Positions 19,024 through 27,413 are shown, numbered from the stretch's first letter. The stretch: DNA of 46,127 bases from Bradymonadales bacterium (GCA_007693605.1 REDG01000028.1:1-46127); one strand, 5' to 3'. Program-made: numbers and translations. The notes: generated by a model not told the origin, from the sequence alone.

Positions 19024-20748
19024 TTGTCCGATCAGCGATCTGAAGCGCCGCCAGAACGATTTGGCCGCTATGAAATCAAAGAAAAACTCGCTACCGGCGG
19101 GATGGCTCGAATTTATAAGGCGAGCACCTCTGGCGATCGCGTTTTTACGCTCAAAAAGATTCTTCCAGACTACTCTGACAATGAAGAATTCATTCGAATG
19201 TTTCTAGAAGAGGCCAAGATCTCTCTTTCTCTGAAACATCCCAATATTGTGCGAGTTTTGGATTTCGGCCAAATCGAAGGCTCTTACTACTTGGCGATGG
19301 AGTATGTCTTTGGAAAAGACATCGGAAGCCTGCTTCGTGCCAGTGTCGAGAACAAAATCCATCTGCCCATTGATGTGGCTTGCTATATCATTCTGCAGTG
19401 TTGCCGAGGACTGCATTATGTTCATACCCTCACCAATGCCTTTGGCGAAAATTTGGGCGTCATTCATCGAGACATTTCGCCCCCGAATATTCTCGTCAGC
19501 TACAATGGCGAGGCCAAGGTGCTCGACTTTGGCATTGCCAAGGCCGTGCGAGCCGCCAACTCCGGAAATACTCGGTCGGGAGTCTTAAAGGGAAAGTTTT
19601 GCTATATGTCGCCTGAGCAGGCTTCAGGAACGGGCTTAACGCACCAAAGTGATATTTTTAGTTTGGGAATTGTGCTTCATGAACTACTCACCTCTCGGAG
19701 TCTTTTTTATTCCAAAGACGAAATCGAAACTCTCGAGAGAGTAAGAAAGGCGGCAATTCTTCCGCCCAGTCAACACCGCAAGGGTTTGCCTCGAAAACTC
19801 GATAAGATCGTCTTGAAGGCTCTTCAGAAGAAAACGAACAAACGCTACGCAAGTTGCTCTGAGTTTGCCGATGCCTTGCAGGACTTTTTAAGCTCAAACT
19901 ACCCGAGAACCGACGCTCGCAGTGTTGCAAAGTTTCTTCGACAGATTTTTTCTGAAGATTTCTCTCAACGAATGAGAAAGGCCAAAGAAGAAAAGTGGCG
20001 GGATGTTCTTGTATCAGGGGGGGCGGACGATCAGATTCTTTTAGATCGCGACTTAAAGGCTCTGGGACATTCTCAAGCTCTGGGACCGGCCTCTACCGAG
20101 AGGCCCGTGGATTGGTTTCAGAGAGCGATCTATGATCCTCGCACCACTCGACGGCTTCGACGAACGGCTTTCTTGTCCGTTTTTGTGTTAAGCCTATTGG
20201 GAACAGGTTTTTACAGCTATTGGGACAAAGACTCTTGGCCCCATCAGACCGCTATCAGCCTTTACTCCAAATTTTCTTCTTCTGATGAGGACGAAGTCTC
20301 ATCGCTCGCTTCGACTGGCCAGAAGCCCCCTGTTCCCCGGGTTGAAGCGAAGGCCGAAGAGTCTCGCAGTGCACCCGAAAGAGGATCTCTGTCTTACTGG
20401 GTTCAAGAGGCTGATCGAGCCGAGGGGCGCAGAGATTATCGGGCGGCAAGAGAGGCTTTGCAAAGAGCTCTTCGGGTGAGTCCCTTTGATGAGCTGTTAC
20501 AGGCTCGATTTCATTATCTTGGAATTGAACTCGGTGAGATCGACCAATCCTGCCAGTGGTTAAGAGAGGCTCGAGAATTGCCGAGCGAAGAGAAGAACTT
20601 TGCCCATGCTCGCTGCCTTGAGGCTCAAGGCGAGGCCCAGCGAGCCTTAAGAGAATATCAAGAACTTCTGCGGCGATATCCTGAACACCCCAAACGAGCC
20701 GAAGTGCAACGGCGATTACAAGATCTTTCGCAACTTGTTAGTCGTTAA
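19024..20748 (+). CDS. Hanks-type Ser/Thr kinase with TM helix and C-terminal TPR-like domain
   Basis: LATGGMA, LKKI, HRDISPPN, DFGIAK, GKFCYMSPEQ; TM AFLSVFVLSLLGTGFYSYW. Confidence 0.93.
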   Translation: MSDQRSEAPPERFGRYEIKEKLATGGMARIYKASTSGDRVFTLKKILPDYSDNEEFIRMFLEEAKISLSLKHPNIVRVLDFGQIEGSYYLAMEYVFGKDIGSLLRASVENKIHLPIDVACYIILQCCRGLHYVHTLTNAFGENLGVIHRDISPPNILVSYNGEAKVLDFGIAKAVRAANSGNTRSGVLKGKFCYMSPEQASGTGLTHQSDIFSLGIVLHELLTSRSLFYSKDEIETLERVRKAAILPPSQHRKGLPRKLDKIVLKALQKKTNKRYASCSEFADALQDFLSSNYPRTDARSVAKFLRQIFSEDFSQRMRKAKEEKWRDVLVSGGADDQILLDRDLKALGHSQALGPASTERPVDWFQRAIYDPRTTRRLRRTAFLSVFVLSLLGTGFYSYWDKDSWPHQTAISLYSKFSSSDEDEVSSLASTGQKPPVPRVEAKAEESRSAPERGSLSYWVQEADRAEGRRDYRAAREALQRALRVSPFDELLQARFHYLGIELGEIDQSCQWLREARELPSEEKNFAHARCLEAQGEAQRALREYQELLRRYPEHPKRAEVQRRLQDLSQLVSR

Positions 20749-22435
20749 TGGGTGCTTTGAGATCAGTCCCATAAGCTTCCATCAGCTCTGATAGAAGTTG
20801 ATATCGCTGATCCGAATCGGGCTCCAAAAGAAAAGACTGAACGAACTGATCAAAGGCAGGTTTCGGAAGATCTGAAATGCGAAGGTTCCGACGCCAGCGC
20901 CAGCCGGCTCGAGTATTGGTGGTGATATCCTGACGGTTTCTTAGCACATCCGGATCTCGCACCCATTCCATCTCAAAGCCGGCCAGTGTCATGGTTTCGA
21001 GGGCTCCCAGCCAGTCGCCTTCGATCTTTCGATGAAGATCATCCACATCTTCCACCAAAATGGCGATCGCCCAACTGGCCCCGGCCGTTTCTGGATTTAA
21101 ATTCTGCAACAAAACATCGATCACACCGCGACCACGACGGCTCTCCACTCGGTCTAAATCTTCTTCTAGATGAGCCCCCAAATCCTCCCTCAAACGACGA
21201 GAGTAGATCTCTTCCGCTTCTGCGGTGGGCAGCATCTCGCGAAGCACTCGATGAAAGCTCTCTTGAGCCTGCAGCTCGGGATTTCGCCACGAAAGAGATT
21301 GAGCAGCTAGGCTAAAAAAACCTCGATCCACCTCAAAATTGATTCGATCAGCCCCTTCGATTCTCAAAGAGTCGTAATCATCCCGCGCAGTCTCTCGAAC
21401 TCCTTCAAAAAAGCGTCTCTCATCGGACATGACAACCAAACCCCGAACCGCAAAGGCCGCCGTAGAATACTGCCCAGTTTGAATGATGGCAGGCAAAATA
21501 AAATCTCGCCACGGGTAACGGTAGATTTCCCCTGCGACCATCGGCCCTCGAAAATTGCCGGAAAGACGGGGTGGGAAAACTCTGATCCGACCCAACCAGC
21601 CCCAAAACCCAGGCCTCAAATCATAGTTTTTGATTCGACTGCCCAAACGATGATAGCGCCAATGCTTAAGAGGATTAGGAGACCGTCCGGGCCGATAGCC
21701 TTGGCTCGCCATAAACTCCCGATAGGCAAGCTGCCGCTCTTTTGCCATTCTTTTATTGTCTCCATTGTTCAGACCAAGGATTCGTTGTTTTGCGTCAGCG
21801 GTTTGTTGACTTCGAATCCCGTTGGGGTCGGCAAGGTAGCTCATCATCGCCCCGCAGGCCCCATTTCTTGCATCGATATGCCTTTGGGCTTTCTCTTCAA
21901 TGGAATGTACAAACCGGGGGAGTTCGCTTTGAGCAAAATTGGGGCCGTACAATCTTTGCCCAGCGCGAAGAATCCGCTGTCGATTTCGGTCTTGACGGCC
22001 AGAGGCAATCTCTCGCATTCGCTCCATCGGATCTGAACCAAAGGGGCCCCGCAAGGCGGCTGAACTTCGAATGGCATCTCGCAAGGGCAGTTGGGCCTTT
22101 GCGACTCGCTTTGCCCACTCCAGAAAAATGGTAGCCGCTGAAGGAAGTGTCACCTCTAACAACCAGGGCGAGCTCATTAGATTCTGAGGCTGAAACTCTC
22201 GCCTACTGGCCTCCTCTGCCATCTCTTCATCGAAAGACTGCATGGCATGCCAAAAGCTCGCCTCCGAGATCCTTGAAAGCTCCTCTGGCCCAAGCGCCCC
22301 CCAAAGAACTTCAGAGTCCTCCAGCTCATCCCCAGAAACAGAATCAGCAAGAAATCCAGAAATAACCAAGAAGGAAAAAGCCAAAGCCAATGATCTACAG
22401 GAGCCTCCCTTAGCCCAAACCAACATCCCAAACAT
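20738..22435 (-). CDS. Hypothetical exported/membrane protein (start probably ATG 22435 or 22426)
   Basis: Long ORF; signal-like LALAFSFLVISGFLA; no recognised family. Confidence 0.65.
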   Translation of the reverse strand: MFGMLVWAKGGSCRSLALAFSFLVISGFLADSVSGDELEDSEVLWGALGPEELSRISEASFWHAMQSFDEEMAEEASRREFQPQNLMSSPWLLEVTLPSAATIFLEWAKRVAKAQLPLRDAIRSSAALRGPFGSDPMERMREIASGRQDRNRQRILRAGQRLYGPNFAQSELPRFVHSIEEKAQRHIDARNGACGAMMSYLADPNGIRSQQTADAKQRILGLNNGDNKRMAKERQLAYREFMASQGYRPGRSPNPLKHWRYHRLGSRIKNYDLRPGFWGWLGRIRVFPPRLSGNFRGPMVAGEIYRYPWRDFILPAIIQTGQYSTAAFAVRGLVVMSDERRFFEGVRETARDDYDSLRIEGADRINFEVDRGFFSLAAQSLSWRNPELQAQESFHRVLREMLPTAEAEEIYSRRLREDLGAHLEEDLDRVESRRGRGVIDVLLQNLNPETAGASWAIAILVEDVDDLHRKIEGDWLGALETMTLAGFEMEWVRDPDVLRNRQDITTNTRAGWRWRRNLRISDLPKPAFDQFVQSFLLEPDSDQRYQLLSELMEAYGTDLKAPIND

Positions 22436-22611
22436 GCTTCTGGTTAGCACGGCCGCATAGCTTGTGGAACAGAAAATCTCTAGGCCCCCAAGCCCTTGAA
22501 TATACAAAGAAATTGAGCCTAGAACTCAGGCAAAACGGAGGTCGTCAAACCGACGAAACTAATAGGGCAGAAAACGAACCAAGCCGCCTGTCCTCTCTCC
22601 TCATTTGATGA

Positions 22612-22636
22612 TCCCACTTCCGCTGCGGAAGTGGGA
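22612..22636. repeat. Perfect 12-bp inverted repeat
   Basis: TCCCACTTCCGC-T-GCGGAAGTGGGA. Confidence 0.85.
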
Positions 22637-22703
22637 AGTGAAGAGGCTCAAGAGACTCAGCCCGCCAGAGCCGACCGCAATTGAAGCCTGCATTTCGTAT
22701 CCG

Positions 22704-22720
22704 TATTCAGAATACTGAAC
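22704..22720. repeat. 17-bp direct repeat, copy 1, internally palindromic
   Basis: TATTCAGAATACTGAAC, identical to 23817-23833. Confidence 0.9.
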
Positions 22721-22724
22721 GATT

Positions 22725-22744
22725 AGGCGGCACCCGGATTCGAA
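22725..22744 (-). repeat. att-like copy of the tRNA-Cys 3' end (distal)
   Basis: AGGCGGCACCCGGATTCGAA identical to 24149-24168. Confidence 0.92.
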
Positions 22745-22755
22745 TGGACCGGCAG

Positions 22756-22791
22756 TTGTCATTAAAACCATAAGGTGATACCTTATGGTTT
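22756..22791 (+). promoter_or_regulatory. sigma70-type promoter overlapped by a perfect 12-bp operator palindrome
   Basis: TTGTCA-N17-TACCTT with TG extension; AAACCATAAGGT-GAT-ACCTTATGGTTT (22765-22791) abuts the GTG. Confidence 0.75.
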
Positions 22792-23784
22792 GTGCTCAAT
22801 CTAGACCCTCTCACGGCTAAGAAAGACAGGCTCGATCAACTACGGCCATTTCCATTCGAGGCGCTTCGCTCTCTCGAGGCGTGGTTTCGAGTGGAGCTGA
22901 CCTATACCAGCAATGCCCTCGAAGGAAACACTCTCAACCGGAGAGAGACGGCTCTCGTTCTAGAGAAGGGCCTGACAGTCGGCGGGAAGTCTTTGGTGGA
23001 ACATCTTGAAGCCAAGAATCATGCTGCTGCACTCGACTGGCTTCACTCGCAACTAAAGCCACAGCCTCACCAGATAGGAATCCAAGATGTTTTGAAGATT
23101 CATGAGATGATTCTAAAAGGAATTGAGGATCAGCACGCCGGTCGCTTTCGCTCAGTGCCGGTGAGAATTTCTGGCTCTACCGTGGTCTTACCCAACCCTC
23201 AGAAAGTTCCTGAGCTTATGAATGGTTTTATCTCTTGGCTGAAAGGCTCAAAGAAGCTTCATCCAGTTGAGCTGGCGTCGGAGGCTCATTACCGTTTGGT
23301 GAGTATCCACCCCTTTGTGGATGGCAATGGTAGAACGGCAAGGCTTCTCATGAATCTGATTTTGATGAGGGGAGGCTATCCTCCCGCCATCATTCGAAAA
23401 CGCGATCGATTGGCTTATCTGGTTGCGCTAGAAAAGGCTCAGCTTGGTGGCTCGAAGGATGACTATGAGAGGCTCATCGGCAAGTCGGTAAACCGCTCTT
23501 TGGATATCTATCTACAGACTCTCGCTGATGATCGGAAAGCTCAAGTTGAACTCGATCAAGAGCCTCTGATGAAGATTGGCGAGCTTGCAAAGAAGGCGGG
23601 CGAGACCCTACCCACCATTCGACATTGGACAAAGGAGGCTTTACTGGAAGTCGCAGAAGTAACAACGGCTGGTTACCAAATGTATGCGCCAGAGATGCTA
23701 GAGAGAGTGAAAACAATTCAAAAATTGAAAGAAAAACGACTTACACTGAAAGAAATCAAGAGAGCTCTACACGAACAGGAGTAG
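22792..23784 (+). CDS. Class II Fic-domain AMPylase fused to a C-terminal MerR-type HTH
   Basis: HPFVDGNGRTAR; N-terminal inhibitory SNALEGN; MKIGELAKKAGETLPTIRHW. Confidence 0.93.
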   Translation: MLNLDPLTAKKDRLDQLRPFPFEALRSLEAWFRVELTYTSNALEGNTLNRRETALVLEKGLTVGGKSLVEHLEAKNHAAALDWLHSQLKPQPHQIGIQDVLKIHEMILKGIEDQHAGRFRSVPVRISGSTVVLPNPQKVPELMNGFISWLKGSKKLHPVELASEAHYRLVSIHPFVDGNGRTARLLMNLILMRGGYPPAIIRKRDRLAYLVALEKAQLGGSKDDYERLIGKSVNRSLDIYLQTLADDRKAQVELDQEPLMKIGELAKKAGETLPTIRHWTKEALLEVAEVTTAGYQMYAPEMLERVKTIQKLKEKRLTLKEIKRALHEQE

Positions 23785-23816
23785 ACAATGAAACCAAGCC
23801 TATGCGCCCCAGGCTC

Positions 23817-23833
23817 TATTCAGAATACTGAAC
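23817..23833. repeat. 17-bp direct repeat, copy 2
   Basis: TATTCAGAATACTGAAC. Confidence 0.9.
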
Positions 23834-23863
23834 TATGTACCTTTTTGTAGAGCCACCCCTTTG

Positions 23864-23888
23864 TTCAGGCGGCACCCGTATTCGAACC
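23864..23888 (-). repeat. att-like copy of the tRNA-Cys 3' end (proximal)
   Basis: 24/25 identical to 24146-24170. Confidence 0.92.
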
Positions 23889-24123
23889 CAGATTTGCGGT
23901 GAGCGAGTACCCGAGCGAACGAGAAGGCGAGCAGTGCGCAGCCTTCGAGAGCAAAGATGCCTATAGCACCATCTATACCTGTGAGAAGCTAAGAAGCTCA
24001 GGCCCTTAACAACGACCAGACACCCGTGACCAGATTTGCGGTGAGCGAGTACCCGAGCGAACGAGAAGGCGAGCAGTGCGCAGCCTTCGAGAGCAAAGAT
24101 GCCTATAGCACCGTCTATACCTG
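23888..24123. repeat. Two 94-bp direct repeats (23888-23981, 24030-24123) with a 48-bp spacer
   Basis: 93/94 identical; CCAGATTTGCGGTGAGCGAG...CTATACCTG. Confidence 0.95.
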
Positions 24124-24148
24124 GCTCTTCGGGTTGACGCGAATTTTC

Positions 24149-24219
24149 AGGCGGCACCCGGATTCGAACCGGGGATGAGGATTTTGCAGACCCTTGCCTT
24201 ACCACTTGGCTATGCCGCC
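24149..24219 (-). tRNA. tRNA-Cys (GCA); CCA not encoded
   Basis: GGCGGCATAGCCAAGTGGTAAGGCAAGGGTCTGCAAAATCCTCATCCCCGGTTCGAATCCGGGTGCCGCCT; cloverleaf with U73. Confidence 0.97.
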
Positions 24220-24229
24220 GTTTCTCCGA

Positions 24230-24258
24230 GAGTTAGTGAAAAAGACCTGAAACGGCAA
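24230..24258 (-). promoter_or_regulatory. Putative sigma70 promoter of tRNA-Cys
   Basis: TTGCCG-N17-TAACTC, 10 nt before the tRNA. Confidence 0.5.
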
Positions 24259-24266
24259 GTGATCAA

Positions 24267-24605
24267 TCAGGCTTCCAGCGAGGCCACAAACGACAAAATC
24301 TTCTGTCGATCTTGCTCCTTTAAATCTAAAAACTGAACCCCAAAACCTGCCGGTAGTGAGCCATAATTGTTTTGCAGTGAGTGTCGAACCTCTCCCGTGA
24401 CCTCAATCTCGCCAAGTTCCGGCAGTTCGAAACGCAATTTTAAGCGACTCCCAATGGCCGGAGGAAGCAAGCTCTGAACATACATTCCCCCCTCACCGAC
24501 CGTGGTCGAAAGACAAGACCGTTCTTCAGAATCCCAGAAAAAGCGCACGGGAATCGAAATGTCTTTTCTCAGGTAGCGGCGCTTTACTTGAGTACGATCC
24601 ACCAC
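24267..24605 (-). CDS. Stand-alone PilZ-domain protein
   Basis: RRYLR, TVGEGGMY, GFGVQF. Confidence 0.85.
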   Translation of the reverse strand: MVDRTQVKRRYLRKDISIPVRFFWDSEERSCLSTTVGEGGMYVQSLLPPAIGSRLKLRFELPELGEIEVTGEVRHSLQNNYGSLPAGFGVQFLDLKEQDRQKILSFVASLEA

Positions 24606-24649
24606 TGCAGGTTAGACGCATTTTCAAACTTCTGTCATGATCTATCTAT

Positions 24650-25213
24650 ATGATTCACCTTCTGGTAGACGCCTATAATCTTCTGCACCAGATGGAGAAA
24701 AACTGTCGCAACTTCCCTTCTCAGCGAAAACTTCCTCGAAACCCCAGCCTTGAAGACCGTCGCCGCTGGATGATGGATCTTCTGCTAGAATATCGCAATC
24801 TGAAAGAGGTGGAACTCACTTTGGTGTTTGATGGGGCCGAAGTGGCTAGCCTGCTGCCGAATCGAACAAAATTTGGAAACCTCATCGTTCTGTTTTCAGA
24901 GGAAACCGATTCAGCCGATGCACTGATTGCTCGACTTTGTGCCGAATCGCCAGGCTCCTATTATGTCGTTTCAAGCGATCTCGATGTCCAGCTCGCTGCG
25001 AAAAATCACGGCTGTACAAGCCTGCGAAGTGAGGAGTTTTCCCAGAAGGTTTTTCAAAGTCTAGAAAATCAGGCGGCTCTCAGCTCAAGTGACGACTTTG
25101 TTGAAGAAGAAGATCTTCCACTCTACCCCCGTGTGAGCACTAAAAAAAGAGGGGTCGCTCGCAAAAAACCCAAATCGGAAAGACGCCGCCGACAAGTCTT
25201 AAAGAATCTTTGA
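24650..25213 (+). CDS. YacP/Rae1-like NYN-domain ribonuclease
   Basis: LVDAYN, VFDG, SADALI, VVSSD; basic C-terminal tail. Confidence 0.85.
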   Translation: MIHLLVDAYNLLHQMEKNCRNFPSQRKLPRNPSLEDRRRWMMDLLLEYRNLKEVELTLVFDGAEVASLLPNRTKFGNLIVLFSEETDSADALIARLCAESPGSYYVVSSDLDVQLAAKNHGCTSLRSEEFSQKVFQSLENQAALSSSDDFVEEEDLPLYPRVSTKKRGVARKKPKSERRRRQVLKNL

Positions 25214-25225
25214 GCCCAGCTCAGG

Positions 25226-25951
25226 TCATAGCCCCGCTTGAGTGAAGTCTTCTCTTCGATATTCGTAAGTCAAGGGGTTGAAAGCTTTACCGTCTCGACG
25301 CAATTCGAAATGAAGATGAGGCCCCGTACTGTGGCCACTCGATCCGAGGGTCGCAATCACTTGTCCCCTTTGAATGATCTGAGATTCGGCGACTAGATTC
25401 TCTCGGTTGTGCGCGTACACACTCGACAAGCCTTGCCCATGATAGAGAACCACCGTATGCCCATAACCGCGAATCGAACCCACAAACACCACCCGGCCAT
25501 CGTGAATCGCTCGAATGGGCTGACCCTCTACCCCGGCGATATCAATTCCCTCATGAAAACTTTTTCCCCTCGGCCCAAAACCCGATGTGATGCGCCCCCG
25601 GTTAACAGGCCAAGTGAGGGGCATCTGCATCGGACGATTCCATTCACCCTCGAAGCGCTTCCAAGGAAGTGAATCAATTTCCATTTCGCTTTGAGAGCTG
25701 CCCGGTCTCGCAAGTGCTCTCTCTAAATCTTCCGTTTTTAAATCGGAACCCGACGGCCCTTGGTTCAGAGCAGAAAAGAAGTCTTCTCGTCTCTTCTTTC
25801 TGCTGGGATCTCCCCCTTCTCGGAGCCAGGGAGCTAAAGCTCTCGATGTCTCTCTGAGCCAAGGAGCGGTAGAACTGGCAACCGCCGAAGTCTCCCACAA
25901 AATAACAAAGCTAAGACCTAGGAAAAGAATTAGAAAAAGACGAAGACTCAT
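25226..25951 (-). CDS. M23 family peptidoglycan metalloendopeptidase, exported
   Basis: HEGID, YAHN, STGPHLHFE; hydrophobic N-terminus. Confidence 0.93.
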   Translation of the reverse strand: MSLRLFLILFLGLSFVILWETSAVASSTAPWLRETSRALAPWLREGGDPSRKKRREDFFSALNQGPSGSDLKTEDLERALARPGSSQSEMEIDSLPWKRFEGEWNRPMQMPLTWPVNRGRITSGFGPRGKSFHEGIDIAGVEGQPIRAIHDGRVVFVGSIRGYGHTVVLYHGQGLSSVYAHNRENLVAESQIIQRGQVIATLGSSGHSTGPHLHFELRRDGKAFNPLTYEYRREDFTQAGL

Positions 25952-25995
25952 GCTGACTTCAGTCTAAATCGAACTTCAGAAAAGGTCGAAAAAAC

Positions 25996-26370
25996 TCAAC
26001 AACGCTCAGCAGCAGACAAACGAAGCTCTCTCGAAAACTCGGGCTCTTTGAGAAGCTGCGACAAGACTTTCCGATCCTTCGCTGCGAGTTCCGACCAGGC
26101 AAGTCCGACCTCCGACAGGCTGTCTTTTGACTCAACACGCACGACTTCTGCCCAAAGCCTCAATTCGTGTCGCTCTGAGTTTTCATCGGCTCGAAAACTC
26201 AGCTCTAAACAAAGCCTACTGCCTGGCTCGATCGGTAAATCCAAGAAAACACAGGCCCCCGATTGACTGAGGTTTTCGAGAGTTCCATAGCAGCGGCCAA
26301 AACTTCCGCTGACCCGAACCCCTTCTCGGTGCCTCTGTCTTTCACAGTCCCTCTTAAGTGCGTAAGCCAT
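25996..26370 (-). CDS. Stand-alone PilZ-domain protein
   Basis: RQRHR and NLSQSG motifs. Confidence 0.85.
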   Translation of the reverse strand: MAYALKRDCERQRHREGVRVSGSFGRCYGTLENLSQSGACVFLDLPIEPGSRLCLELSFRADENSERHELRLWAEVVRVESKDSLSEVGLAWSELAAKDRKVLSQLLKEPEFSRELRLSAAERC

Positions 26371-26470
26371 GGGCCCTCTTTAACCGAGCTTCACCAGCCC
26401 GACAAGCCCCCCAAAAATTATTGCCTCTGATTGCCCCAAAGGACCGCAGTCTTGGGTAGAATAGAGGGAG

Positions 26471-27406
26471 ATGACCGAAAAGCCTCCAAAGAAGTCCTTT
26501 TCTGAAGTGGATGAGAAAACAGGGGACCATACGGTCGTCAGTCCAATCGAGACCCTGAATCCGATCGAAGGGGGTCAAACCCCTTCCCTTCTCATGATCT
26601 CAGGCCCGCAAATCGGCCGCTCCTTTCCAATTCATCAATCAGAATTCATGATTGGCCGCTCCTCTCAAAGCGATCTTCCGATCGAGGATGATCTGGTCTC
26701 TCGCTACCACTGCAAGCTGGTTGTCACCGCCGGAGGGGCCGAGCTGATTGACCTAGGCAGCACCAACGGCACCCTCTTGAACGGCCGAAAAGTGGACAAG
26801 GCACAGATTCAAGAGGGAGACCAAATACAAGTGGGCTCCACCACGATTTTCAAATTTCATTTTCAAGAGGCGGTCGAAACCAAGTTCATGGGGAGCCTTT
26901 TCGACGCGGCGACCAAAGACTTTCTGACCGGCACCTACAATAAAAAATTCTTTCTCGAACGATTACAAGACGAGTTTCATTTTGCTCACCGAAACCAGAA
27001 AGATCTCTCAATTTTAGTGCTCGACCTAGATCATTTCAAAACCGTGAATGACACTCATGGTCACCTGGCAGGAGATATCGCCCTTAAAAAAGTGGCACAT
27101 CATATTTTGAGCCACACACGAAAAGACGATGTTGTGGCCCGCTTCGGAGGGGAAGAGTTTGTCATCTTGGCTCGAGACCTCTCCATCGAAAAGGCTTCAA
27201 ACCTTGGAGAGCATCTTCGAAAGGGCGTCGAAGCCCTAGCGGTAGAAGACTCAGGAAAGAAACTGAAATTGACCGTGTCCGTGGGAGTCGCCTCTCTTCT
27301 GTCGAGCTCCAAAATTCGATTCGAAAGTTTTCAAGAGCTTCTGGATGCGGCAGACCAGAAACTCTACGAAGCTAAAAAAGCCGGTCGAAATCGAGTCTGC
27401 AACTAG
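26471..27406 (+). CDS. FHA-GGDEF diguanylate cyclase (Bdellovibrio DgcB-like architecture)
   Basis: FHA IGRS..VSRYH..GSTNGT; DLDHFKTVNDTHGH; RKDD I-site; GGEEF. Confidence 0.93.
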   Translation: MTEKPPKKSFSEVDEKTGDHTVVSPIETLNPIEGGQTPSLLMISGPQIGRSFPIHQSEFMIGRSSQSDLPIEDDLVSRYHCKLVVTAGGAELIDLGSTNGTLLNGRKVDKAQIQEGDQIQVGSTTIFKFHFQEAVETKFMGSLFDAATKDFLTGTYNKKFFLERLQDEFHFAHRNQKDLSILVLDLDHFKTVNDTHGHLAGDIALKKVAHHILSHTRKDDVVARFGGEEFVILARDLSIEKASNLGEHLRKGVEALAVEDSGKKLKLTVSVGVASLLSSSKIRFESFQELLDAADQKLYEAKKAGRNRVCN

Positions 27407-27413
27407 TGGACCA

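Noticed and set aside
21479..22134. Plus-strand ORFs of 185 and 130 aa, and the many other short overlapping ORFs in the track
   Set aside because: Antisense or out of frame to longer, better-supported genes and without motifs
22725..23888. Additional complete tRNA genes or a prophage
   Set aside because: Only 20-25-nt 3' fragments with no D or anticodon arms; no phage or integrase genes
23888..24123. CRISPR array
   Set aside because: Only two repeats, at 94 bp far too long, and no cas genes in the window
23816..24205. 129-aa ORF
   Set aside because: Runs through the tRNA and the repeats; its repeated peptides simply reflect the DNA repeats
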